Origin: Moraxella nasicaprae
GTDB lineage: Bacteria > Pseudomonadota > Gammaproteobacteria > Pseudomonadales > Moraxellaceae
Direction of reading: 5' to 3'
Length of the DNA stretch: 32,000 bases
Assembly: GCF_025643275.1 (NCBI RefSeq)
Contig: NZ_CP089977.1
Coordinates: 630,001-662,000, forward strand
Part shown: positions 8,538 to 17,281 of the stretch, one piece after another
Position numbering within the stretch: position 1 is the stretch's first letter
Layout: each line of letters begins with the position of its first letter
The notes under the pieces: generated by a model
Database searches by the model: none
What the model was told of the DNA's origin: nothing
Seen by the model: only the letters and a program-made list of their open reading frames with translations
Program-made: the position numbers and the translations under genes

Positions 8538-10175
8538 ATGTCATCATTAACAAAGACCGCTTTGGTCGCTGCTCTAAGCATCGCAATGGGTCTGACTGCC
8601 TGTTCATCAGAAACCCCAACCAAAGAAACCCAAGCCAGTCAATCTAGCCAAGCCAAAAACAGCCTGACCATCAACAACGCCAGCGAGCCTGAATCGCTTG
8701 ACCCGCACTTGGCACAAGGTGTTCAAGAGGCCAATATCATTCGCCAATTTTCCGAAGGCTTGGTCAGCACTGATAATGACGGCAATCTGATTGCTGGCAT
8801 GGCGACCGAATGGAGCAGTCCTGACAATAAAGTCTGGACATTCAAACTGCGTGATGCCAAGTGGTCAAATGGCGACCCTGTGACTGCCGAAGACTTTGTA
8901 TTTAGTTTCCGCCGTCTGGTCAATCCAGAAACAGGCTCATCGTATGCCAGCTATCTTGCTGATGCCCAAGTGCTCAACGCCCAAGCCATCATCGATGGTA
9001 AGGCGGCAATCGATACTTTGGGTGTCAAAGCCATTGATGACAAAACACTACAAATCACTCTATCAGAACCTGTTCCCTACTTTGTAGATATGATGGTGCA
9101 TAGTGCAGTGCAACCTGTCCACCCTGCCACCATCGAAAAATTTGGCGAAAAATGGACAGACCCTGCCAACATCGTGGTCAATGGTGCTTACAAGCCAACC
9201 GAATGGCTAGTGAACGAAAAAATCGTTCTAACTCGTAACGAACACTATTACGATAATAGCAAAACCAGCATTGATGAACTCATCATATTGCCAATCTCGC
9301 AAGCCACCACCGATGTGGTGCGTTATCAGGCAGGCGAAGTGGATATTACCGCCAGCGAATTACCGCCAGAACAATTTGCTGACCTAAAAGCCACTTTGGG
9401 CGATGAGCTAAAAACCGCACCCACGCTATGTACTTATTATTATGATTTAAACCAAGCCAAAGCACCGTTTGATAACGAAAAAGTGCGTCGTGCCTTGATG
9501 TTATCTTTTGACCGAGAGTTGATTGCTGACAAAGTCATGGGGCAAGGTCAGCCTGTGGCTTACCAATTTACCCCGACCGCCATCAAAGGCAACCTGACAT
9601 ACACCCCAGAATGGCAATCTTGGGACAGAGCCAAACGCATTGAAACCGCCAAGCAGTTATTAAGCGAAGCTGGTTATAATCAAAATAATCCACTCAATTT
9701 CACTTTGCTGTACGACACCAACGAAAGTCACAAAAAAATCGCTGTGGCAGCTGCCAGTATGTGGAAAGATGCCTTTGGTTTTGTGAATGCCGAACTCATC
9801 AACCAAGAATGGAAAACCTACCTAGACAGTCGCCGAAATGGCAATTATCAAATGGTTCGTGCCAGATGGTGTGGCGATTATAATGAAGCCTCCACCTTCC
9901 TAAACCTTAGAAAATCAAACAATACGAATAATTGGAGCGGTTTTAAAGACCCGCAATTTGACGCATTGATGGAGCAATCCTTGCGTGCTGATGTTGATGA
10001 CGCTGCTCGCATCAAACTCTACCAAGATGCCGAACGCATTATGGATGAAAACAGCACACAGATTGACATTTTCTATTATGCCAATGTTCGTTTGGTCAAG
10101 CCCTATGTTCAAGGTTACTCCAATAAAGACCCATTGGATTTGTGGCAAGCCAAATATTGGTCTATCAAAAAATAA
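8538..10175 (+). CDS. oppA: Oligopeptide-binding lipoprotein, OppA paralogue 2
   Basis: ATG 8538 follows an AAGGA Shine-Dalgarno. Signal MSSLTKTALVAALSIAMGLTAC (lipobox LTAC). Family-5 SBP body. Confidence 0.9.
   Translation: MSSLTKTALVAALSIAMGLTACSSETPTKETQASQSSQAKNSLTINNASEPESLDPHLAQGVQEANIIRQFSEGLVSTDNDGNLIAGMATEWSSPDNKVWTFKLRDAKWSNGDPVTAEDFVFSFRRLVNPETGSSYASYLADAQVLNAQAIIDGKAAIDTLGVKAIDDKTLQITLSEPVPYFVDMMVHSAVQPVHPATIEKFGEKWTDPANIVVNGAYKPTEWLVNEKIVLTRNEHYYDNSKTSIDELIILPISQATTDVVRYQAGEVDITASELPPEQFADLKATLGDELKTAPTLCTYYYDLNQAKAPFDNEKVRRALMLSFDRELIADKVMGQGQPVAYQFTPTAIKGNLTYTPEWQSWDRAKRIETAKQLLSEAGYNQNNPLNFTLLYDTNESHKKIAVAAASMWKDAFGFVNAELINQEWKTYLDSRRNGNYQMVRARWCGDYNEASTFLNLRKSNNTNNWSGFKDPQFDALMEQSLRADVDDAARIKLYQDAERIMDENSTQIDIFYYANVRLVKPYVQGYSNKDPLDLWQAKYWSIKK
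8799..8918 (+). repeat. Partner copy of the 120-nt tract in oppA paralogue 1
   Basis: See 6945-7064. It encodes the identical 40 aa MATEWSSPDNKVWTFKLRDAKWSNGDPVTAEDFVFSFRRL. Confidence 0.85.
9126..9178 (+). repeat. 53-nt tract identical to oppA paralogue 3 (10797-10849)
   Basis: gccaccatcgaaaaatttggcgaaaaatggacagaccctgccaacatcgtggt is identical in both genes by hand alignment. Confidence 0.85.
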
Positions 10176-10208
10176 CCATCGATATTTAACAAACACAAGG
10201 AGTTTTTT

Positions 10209-11843
10209 ATGTTAAATACCCAATCAAAAATCTTAGGCGTTTCTATCATTTCTGCAATGCTATTGCTGGCAGGTTGTGGTCAGGACAAGGCTGCTGACGG
10301 CAAAGGTGCAGAAGGAAAAGCTCAAAATGTCGTGCGTATCAATAATGGCGATGACCCTGAATCACTTGACCCACACATCGCCAATGATGTTGGCTCATTC
10401 AACATCATTCGCCAGATGTTCTTAGGTCTAACCACCACCGATGCTGAGGGCAAAACCATTCCAAGCCTTGCTACCGAATGGAGTAATGTGGACGAAAAAG
10501 TTTGGACATTTAAGCTAAATCCAAATGCCAAATGGTCAAATGGCGAACCATTGACCGCACACGATTTTGTGTACAGTATGCTGCGTCTGCTTGACCCAAA
10601 AACTGCATCGCACTACGGCACTTATCTTGCTGATGCCAAAGTGGTGAATGCTGCTGCATTTAACACCGGTAAAGCCAGTGCTGACAGCGTTGGTATCAAA
10701 GCGCTTGACGACCACACACTACAAATCACCCTATCAGAACCTGTACCGTATTTGGCTGAACTGTTGGCATTGCCAGTCGCTGCCCCTGTGCATAAAGCCA
10801 CCATCGAAAAATTTGGCGAAAAATGGACAGACCCTGCCAACATCGTGGTGAGCGGTGCTTATACTCTCGAAGCAAACAAAACAGGCGAAGTAATCCGCCT
10901 AAAACGCAACGAGAAGTTCTACGACAATGACAAAACCTCCATCGATACTGTGGAATTTTTGCCAATTCAAGGCATGGCTGCAATCAATCAATACAAAGCA
11001 GGCGATATTGACCTTGTGGGCGGTGTTCCGCCAGAGCAGTTTGAAGCTCTAAAAAAAGAGCTTGGCGAAGACCAAGTGCGTACCGCACCAAACTTCTGTC
11101 ACTACTATCTAGACTACAACTTCAAAAAAGCACCAACCAATGATGTTAAAGTGCGTCAAGCGTTGAATCTGACCATCGATAGAGACATCGTGACCAAAGA
11201 CATGATGAAGCGTGGCGAAATCGCCTCTTATCAGTTCACGCCTGAAATCATGCAAGGCTTAGGCAAGGTAACACCAGTATGGGCAACTCAGGATATGGCA
11301 ACTCGTGCTGCTACCGCCAAAAAGCTACTAAACGAAGCTGGTTATAACGAAAATAATCCGCTAAAAGTAGAAATTTTGTACACCACCAGCGAGACTGGCA
11401 AAATGATGACCGCTGGCGTATCAGCCATGTGGAAACAACATCTTGGTTTTGTTGATACCGCCTTGGTCAATCAAGAATGGAAAGTCATGCAGCAAATGCG
11501 TCATCAAGGCGACTTCCAAATTTCTCTGGGTGGCTGGTGTGCCGACTACAACGAACCATCGTCGTTCCTAAATATGTTCCGAGCGAACAACGACAACAAT
11601 AACGGTAAGTACAACAATCCAAAATTTGACAGCTTGCTAGATGCAACAACTGCCCCAGATGTGTCTGCTGAACAACGCAAAGACCTGTATATTCAAGCAG
11701 AACGCCTGTTGCACGAAGATGTGCCAGCTGCTTACTTGTTCTTGTCTGTTGGCTCTCACATGATTAAGCCACACCTAGACGCTCCAACACTAAAAGACCC
11801 GCTGCACAACTGGCAGGTCAAAGATTGGAAACTCAAAAAATAA
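10209..11843 (+). CDS. oppA: Oligopeptide-binding lipoprotein, OppA paralogue 3
   Basis: AAGGAG Shine-Dalgarno at 10197-10202. Signal with lipobox LAGC. Family-5 SBP body. It starts only 33 nt after paralogue 2 with no terminator between them. Confidence 0.9.
   Translation: MLNTQSKILGVSIISAMLLLAGCGQDKAADGKGAEGKAQNVVRINNGDDPESLDPHIANDVGSFNIIRQMFLGLTTTDAEGKTIPSLATEWSNVDEKVWTFKLNPNAKWSNGEPLTAHDFVYSMLRLLDPKTASHYGTYLADAKVVNAAAFNTGKASADSVGIKALDDHTLQITLSEPVPYLAELLALPVAAPVHKATIEKFGEKWTDPANIVVSGAYTLEANKTGEVIRLKRNEKFYDNDKTSIDTVEFLPIQGMAAINQYKAGDIDLVGGVPPEQFEALKKELGEDQVRTAPNFCHYYLDYNFKKAPTNDVKVRQALNLTIDRDIVTKDMMKRGEIASYQFTPEIMQGLGKVTPVWATQDMATRAATAKKLLNEAGYNENNPLKVEILYTTSETGKMMTAGVSAMWKQHLGFVDTALVNQEWKVMQQMRHQGDFQISLGGWCADYNEPSSFLNMFRANNDNNNGKYNNPKFDSLLDATTAPDVSAEQRKDLYIQAERLLHEDVPAAYLFLSVGSHMIKPHLDAPTLKDPLHNWQVKDWKLKK
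10797..10849 (+). repeat. Partner copy of the 53-nt tract in oppA paralogue 2
   Basis: See 9126-9178. Confidence 0.85.
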
Positions 11844-11861
11844 ATCTGCTTGTAATGTCAT

Positions 11862-11893
11862 GGTGTACTGTATGTTGCAGTACACCATTTTTT
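11862..11893 (+). terminator. Rho-independent terminator after oppA paralogue 3
   Basis: Perfect 9-bp stem ggtgtactg/cagtacacc with a 7-nt loop, followed by aTTTTTT. Confidence 0.8.
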
Positions 11894-12000
11894 ATGTTTA
11901 ATATATAGAAAAAAACAATAAATATACATTATTTGATTTGAAAAACCCATACAAAATAGCAATAAAATCGCCACGCTCTGTGATTTTTTCTAAAAAAGTT

Positions 12001-12009
12001 TGTTATAAT
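12001..12009 (+). promoter_or_regulatory. Candidate extended -10 (TGtTATAAT) for oppB-oppC-ATPase
   Basis: tgttataat contains a consensus TATAAT. It lies about 130 nt upstream of the oppB ATG. The -35 is weak. Confidence 0.35.
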
Positions 12010-12140
12010 ACGGCTTTGTGGTAGTTTTGTGTTTATTTGTGTATGAAAATAATATCGCACAAAACAAGCAATCATTATGAACCAATCCAAAATCATCGAC
12101 CACTCGGCAGAAGATTGACGGATGTAGTCAAGGAAGTATT

Positions 12141-13061
12141 ATGTTTAAGCTGATTGTTAAGCGTTTTTTTGAAGCAATTCCAACATTGCTGTTTTTGATC
12201 ACCATTTCATTCTTTATGATGCGTTTGGCACCAGGCAGTCCTTTTGCTGGCGAAAAGAACCTACCGCCAGCAGTGCTTGCCAATATTGAAGCCAAATACA
12301 ATCTGAATGACCCTTTGGGAATGCAGTATCTAAACTATCTATGGCAACTATTGCATGGTGATTTTGGTCCATCATTCAAATACAAAGACTACACCATCAA
12401 TGAACTTTTGATTCAAAACCTACCTGTTTCATTTGAGCTTGGTCTTTATGCGTTCATCGTTGCTGTCTTGATTGGTGTTACTATTGGTGTCATTGCTGCA
12501 CTACGCCAAAATGGATTTGTGGATTATATTTTGATGACATTGGCGATGATTGGGGTTGCTGTTCCTAGCTTTGTAAAAGCACCGCTATTGGTCTTGATTT
12601 TTGCCGTTACTCTAAAATGGCTTCCTGCTGGTGGTTGGAATGATGGTGCATTCATGAACCTGATTTTGCCTGTAACCGCCTTATCTTTAAGCTATGTAGC
12701 AGGCATTGCTCGTATCACTCGTGGCTCGATGATTGAAACCCTAAACAGTCCATTCATTCGCACTGCTCGTGCCAAAGGTCTATCAACCAGCACCATCATC
12801 ATTAAGCACGCTCTGCGTCCTGCGATGTTGCCCGTAGTATCTTATCTTGGCCCTGCTTTTGTGGGCATCATCACAGGCTCTATCATTATTGAGACTATTT
12901 TTGGTATTCCTGGCATTGGCAAGCTCTTTGTGAATGGTGCGTTGAACCGTGATTATAGCTTGGTGCTTAGCCTAACTATTTTGGTTGGTACTTTGACAAT
13001 CGTATTTAACGCCATTGTTGATATTTTGTACGCTGTCATCGATCCGAAAATCAAATACTAA
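12141..13061 (+). CDS. oppB: Oligopeptide ABC transporter permease OppB
   Basis: The N-terminus ...EAIPTLLFLITISFFMMRLAPGSPFAGEKNLPP..ANIEAKYNLNDP...HGDFGPSFKYKDY is nearly collinear with E. coli OppB. Confidence 0.95.
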   Translation: MFKLIVKRFFEAIPTLLFLITISFFMMRLAPGSPFAGEKNLPPAVLANIEAKYNLNDPLGMQYLNYLWQLLHGDFGPSFKYKDYTINELLIQNLPVSFELGLYAFIVAVLIGVTIGVIAALRQNGFVDYILMTLAMIGVAVPSFVKAPLLVLIFAVTLKWLPAGGWNDGAFMNLILPVTALSLSYVAGIARITRGSMIETLNSPFIRTARAKGLSTSTIIIKHALRPAMLPVVSYLGPAFVGIITGSIIIETIFGIPGIGKLFVNGALNRDYSLVLSLTILVGTLTIVFNAIVDILYAVIDPKIKY

Positions 13062-13081
13062 TCATACAATAAGGATTGTTT

Positions 13082-13978
13082 ATGTCTACTCAAACAACTA
13101 CAACGCCAGCCAATTTGGTCAAGGAAGTCAAAGCTCGCAGTCCATGGCAAGATGCTTGGAAGCGTTTTTCTCGCAACAAAGCGGCATTGGTCAGCTGTTT
13201 TATTCTACTATTAATTGCGGTATTTGTTACTGTTGCTCCTATGTTTGTGCCATTTGGTTATGCCGATACCGATTGGGCAAATATGGGTATCGCTCCTTCT
13301 GTTGATAGCAAGCACTACTTTGGCACAGATAATCTAGGTCGTGATTTGTTGGTGCGTGTTGCTGTCGGCGGTCGTATTTCCTTGATGGTCGGTATTGCTG
13401 GGGCATTGGTTGCGGTCGTCTTTGGGACGATTTATGGCTCTGTTTCTGGCTACTTGGGCGGCAAGGTCGATATGCTGATGATGCGTTTTGTTGAAATTTT
13501 GACCGCTTTTCCATTCATGTTCTTTGTGATTTTGATGGTAACTCTATTTGGTCGTAACATCATCTTTATTTTTGTTGCCATCGGCTTGGTTTCTTGGCTT
13601 GACATCGCTCGTATCGTGCGTGGTCAAACTTTGAGCCTAAAAAATAAAGAATTCATCATCGCTGCTCGCACAGGCGGTGTCTCTGACTGGAAAATCATCA
13701 CTCGCCATATCGTACCTAATGTCTTGGGCGTGGTTGTGATTTACGCATCATTACTTGTGCCTGGTATGATTATGTTTGAATCATTCCTAAGTTTCTTGGG
13801 CTTGGGCGTGCAAGAACCAATGACCAGCTGGGGTGCATTACTACAAGAAGGGTCACAAACCATGCAAGTTGCCCCTTGGCAGCTGCTTGCACCAGCAACA
13901 TTCTTGGTCATTACCTTGTTCTGCTTTAACTTTATTGGTGATGGCTTGCGAGACGCACTTGATCCAAAAGACCGCTAA
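13082..13978 (+). CDS. oppC: Oligopeptide ABC transporter permease OppC
   Basis: GRDLLVRVAVGGRISLMVG..., WLDIARIVRGQTLSLKNKEF and ...FCFNFIGDGLRDALDPKDR match E. coli OppC closely. ATG 13082 lies 6 nt after AAGGA; the track's TTG 13076 is less likely. Confidence 0.95.
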   Translation: MSTQTTTTPANLVKEVKARSPWQDAWKRFSRNKAALVSCFILLLIAVFVTVAPMFVPFGYADTDWANMGIAPSVDSKHYFGTDNLGRDLLVRVAVGGRISLMVGIAGALVAVVFGTIYGSVSGYLGGKVDMLMMRFVEILTAFPFMFFVILMVTLFGRNIIFIFVAIGLVSWLDIARIVRGQTLSLKNKEFIIAARTGGVSDWKIITRHIVPNVLGVVVIYASLLVPGMIMFESFLSFLGLGVQEPMTSWGALLQEGSQTMQVAPWQLLAPATFLVITLFCFNFIGDGLRDALDPKDR

Positions 13979-14001
13979 TCAAAGGAATTGGAGTTATAAA
14001 A

Positions 14002-15600
14002 ATGGCATTATTAGAAGTCAAAGACTTAAATGTAAAATTCGTTACCGAAGATGGCTTGGTCAATGCGGTCAATGGCGTAAATTTCACCCTCGATCAGGGT
14101 GAAACGCTGGCATTGGTTGGCGAGTCAGGCTCTGGCAAATCAGTTACCTCCATGTCAATCATGCGTCTGTTGCCAAAGAACATCACTCGCTATGACAAAG
14201 GTTCGTCCATTGTATTTGATGGCATCTCTATTCTAGAAGCCAGCGAAAAAGAACTGCAATCATTGCGTGGCAAGCGTATCGGCATGATTTTCCAAGAACC
14301 GATGACCAGCCTAAACCCTTATCTTACCATCGGTACACAGCTGATTGAAGCTGCCACGACGCACAACCCAAACATCAGCCAAACCCAAGCCAGCTCACAA
14401 GCGGTTGAGCTTTTGACCAAAGTGGGCATCCGTGAGCCTCAAAGACGGCTCAAACAGTATCCACACGAGTTTTCAGGCGGTCAATTACAACGCATCATGA
14501 TTGCGATGGCATTGACCAACAAGCCTGACCTGCTCATCGCTGACGAACCAACCACAGCACTTGATGTGACCATTCAAGCAGAGATTCTGGATTTGCTTAG
14601 AGCATTGCAAGCTGAAATGGGCATGGCAATCATCTTTATTACGCACGATTTGGGCTTGGCAGAACATTATTCAGACAAAGTCTGTGTCATGAGACACGGT
14701 CAAATTGTTGAGCGTGGCGACATCAAAGAAGTCTTTAACAACCCATCGCACGACTACACGGTAGAGCTGATTAACTCCACCCCAAAAGGTATGAAAGAGC
14801 CTGTGGCAGCCGATGCCAAAGTGCTGCTTGATGTCCAAGATGTCAAAGTAAAATTCGTGCTAGAAAGTAACTTTTTTGGCAAGCCTACCAAAATCTTTGA
14901 GGCAGTCAAAGGCATCAGTATTCAAGTCAAAGAAGGCGAAACTTTGGGTATTGTTGGCGAGTCAGGCTCTGGCAAATCAACACTTGGCAAGGCAATCATG
15001 CAGATGCTGCCTTATACTGGCAAAATCAGCTTTGACGGTAAAGATTTGGACAAGCTGTCAAAAGCTGAACAAAAATCTCTAAAAGCAAAACGCCAAATCG
15101 TCTTTCAAGACCCTTATGGCTCACTATCGCCACGCTTGACGGTAGGCGACATCATCGCCGAGCCACTAACCGTGCATGAGCCACATCTAAGCAAAGAAGA
15201 ACGCACCAAGCGAGTCTTGGCAATGCTTGACGAAGTAGCAATGCCACACTCTGCCCTAAACCGCTATCCACACGAGTTTTCAGGTGGTCAGCGTCAGCGT
15301 ATTGCCATCGCTCGTGCCATGATTTTGAACCCAAAATTTGTCTTGCTGGACGAGCCAACCTCAGCACTAGACCGCTCGGTTCAGGTCAAAGTGGTTGAGC
15401 TGTTACGCAATCTGCAAAAGAAATACGGTCTGACTTATCTATTCATCAGCCACGATTTGGCCATCGTGCGTGCGATGAGTAATAATGTCATCGTCATGCA
15501 ACAAGGCGAGGTGGTGGAATATGGCAATGCCGAACAAATCTTCCACAACCCCAAAGAAGAGTACACCAAAAAATTATTGGAAGCGACTTTCAATCTATAA
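14002..15600 (+). CDS. Fused double ABC ATPase (OppD-like plus OppF-like domains in one polypeptide)
   Basis: Two Walker A motifs (GESGSGKS twice), two signature motifs (FSGGQLQR, FSGGQRQR) and two Walker B motifs (LLIADEPT, FVLLDEPT) in 532 aa. Confidence 0.9.
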   Translation: MALLEVKDLNVKFVTEDGLVNAVNGVNFTLDQGETLALVGESGSGKSVTSMSIMRLLPKNITRYDKGSSIVFDGISILEASEKELQSLRGKRIGMIFQEPMTSLNPYLTIGTQLIEAATTHNPNISQTQASSQAVELLTKVGIREPQRRLKQYPHEFSGGQLQRIMIAMALTNKPDLLIADEPTTALDVTIQAEILDLLRALQAEMGMAIIFITHDLGLAEHYSDKVCVMRHGQIVERGDIKEVFNNPSHDYTVELINSTPKGMKEPVAADAKVLLDVQDVKVKFVLESNFFGKPTKIFEAVKGISIQVKEGETLGIVGESGSGKSTLGKAIMQMLPYTGKISFDGKDLDKLSKAEQKSLKAKRQIVFQDPYGSLSPRLTVGDIIAEPLTVHEPHLSKEERTKRVLAMLDEVAMPHSALNRYPHEFSGGQRQRIAIARAMILNPKFVLLDEPTSALDRSVQVKVVELLRNLQKKYGLTYLFISHDLAIVRAMSNNVIVMQQGEVVEYGNAEQIFHNPKEEYTKKLLEATFNL

Positions 15601-15620
15601 TCTTTTGGCAATCACACCAA

Positions 15621-15655
15621 AAAAATCCCAAAGTCATCATCTTTGGGATTTTTTA
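15621..15655 (+). terminator. Rho-independent terminator ending the opp operon
   Basis: Stem aaaaatcccaaag/ctttgggattttt with a 7-nt loop and a T-run. Confidence 0.85.
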
Positions 15656-15729
15656 TCATCACAGCCAAACCTTGAAAACCTGACTATCAGCCCCATTATG
15701 CACATAACTTTGACAAACAACTATGTATC

Positions 15730-16053
15730 ATGAATTATCCTTTTTTGGCATCTTGTGATGAAGCTTTGTACAATCATCTTAGCGAGGAACTGGCACAACA
15801 AGCCGATGAAATCGTGCGTCCTATCAGTCATTTTTTTGACGCACAAGGTTTGCCCTGCCCCATGCCTCTGCTTAAAGCAAAGGTGTCGCTTCGCTTGGTG
15901 GCAAGCGGTCAATCGTTATATTTGCTTGCCAGCGACCAAAATTCACAAACCGATATCATCGCCTTTTGCAAAAAAAATGGGCTGATGGCACACAGCTGGG
16001 TCAGCCAATGGACAGATAAGCCTTGCTATCATTTCATCATCAATAAGCCCTAG
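15730..16053 (+). CDS. TusA/SirA-like sulfurtransferase-fold protein
   Basis: Contains the CPMPLLKAK (CPxP) motif and a TusA-like C-terminal body. There is an N-terminal extension of about 25 aa relative to E. coli TusA and no clear Shine-Dalgarno, so the start is uncertain. Confidence 0.7.
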   Translation: MNYPFLASCDEALYNHLSEELAQQADEIVRPISHFFDAQGLPCPMPLLKAKVSLRLVASGQSLYLLASDQNSQTDIIAFCKKNGLMAHSWVSQWTDKPCYHFIINKP

Positions 16054-16183
16054 ACCAAAAAATAGTCGCTATTTTGGCGTGATAATTTATATGAATTGTG
16101 CATTTTTTACTAGCCTTTCTGGTCAGAGTTCCGTACAATAGCAAAGAATATTTAATCAAATCAAAGACAACCAAGTTATCAAA

Positions 16184-17275
16184 ATGACCAAACATTCACA
16201 CCCTGCCAATGATTATGATGACTACGATGAGTATGACGAATTTGGCGATTATGACGATGAGCTTGATGAAGCATTGATTGGGGAGTTGGACGATGAATTT
16301 GACGACATCGAACTTGACGAACTAGAACAAAGCTACTATCAGGACAAAAAACTTGCCAAAAGCTACTCGCCTGCGGTCATAGATGACGCCAATGTTGCCA
16401 CCAAAGACCTAGTGCCTGCGATGCCCACACATTTGACTGCACCTGGTGTCAATCTGGGGGCATACATCAATACCGTGCATCAAATTCCCATTTTAAGCCC
16501 AGAAGAAGAACAAAAACTGGCTCAGCGATATTATAATGATGGCGATTTGGAAGCTGCCAGACTGCTGGTGATGAGCCATCTGCGTTTTGTGATTCATATT
16601 GCCAGAAGCTATTCTGGCTATGGGCTGTCACAAGCAGACTTGATTCAAGAGGGTAATTTGGGCTTAATGAAAGCAGTAAAACGCTTTGACCCAAATAAAG
16701 GCGTGCGTTTGGTCAGTTTTGCGGTGCATTGGATTAAGGCAGAGATTCACGAATTTGTCATCAAAAACTGGCGAATCGTCAAAATTGCCACGACCAAAGC
16801 ACATCGTAAGCTATTTTTTAATCTACGAAGCCTAAAAAAATCAAGCAATCAGCTCACGCTTGAAGAGGCAACCGCCATCGCCAACGACCTCAATGTCACC
16901 GTCAAGCAGGTATTGGAAATGGAGGCACGCCTAACCAGCTATGACGCCTCATTTGAAATTCAAGACAGCGATGAAGATGATGGTCGCTATGCACCGCAGT
17001 TATTCTTAGAAGATGCCATTGACCCTGCCGAAGTGGTTGAAGAAGCTGACTGGGAGGACAATACCACCACCGCTCTACAATCAGCCATGGATAGCCTTGA
17101 TGACCGTTCACGAGACATCATCACCCAAAGATGGCTTGCCGACCAAAAGGCGACTTTGCACGAGCTGGCGGCTGTGTACAACATCTCCGCTGAACGAGTG
17201 CGTCAAATCGAAAAAAATGCGATGGATAAAATCAAAGAAGCCATTACCATCGATAGCGTTATTTTGGACACCTAA
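16184..17275 (+). CDS. rpoH: RNA polymerase sigma-32 (RpoH), annotated with the full open frame; the alternative start is ATG 16421
   Basis: QADLIQEGNLGLMKAVKRFDP, VSFAVHWIKAEIHEFV, the RpoH box (AHRKLFFNLR) and the region 4 motif VSAERVRQIEKNAM. Collinearity with E. coli RpoH begins just after Met80. Confidence 0.85.
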   Translation: MTKHSHPANDYDDYDEYDEFGDYDDELDEALIGELDDEFDDIELDELEQSYYQDKKLAKSYSPAVIDDANVATKDLVPAMPTHLTAPGVNLGAYINTVHQIPILSPEEEQKLAQRYYNDGDLEAARLLVMSHLRFVIHIARSYSGYGLSQADLIQEGNLGLMKAVKRFDPNKGVRLVSFAVHWIKAEIHEFVIKNWRIVKIATTKAHRKLFFNLRSLKKSSNQLTLEEATAIANDLNVTVKQVLEMEARLTSYDASFEIQDSDEDDGRYAPQLFLEDAIDPAEVVEEADWEDNTTTALQSAMDSLDDRSRDIITQRWLADQKATLHELAAVYNISAERVRQIEKNAMDKIKEAITIDSVILDT

Positions 17276-17281
17276 GGAGCA

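Noticed and set aside
12077-12118. A 13-codon upstream ORF (MNQSKIIDHSAED*) in the oppB leader as a possible leader peptide
   Set aside because: It has no Shine-Dalgarno and no obvious attenuator pairing with a downstream hairpin. Such short ORFs are expected by chance.
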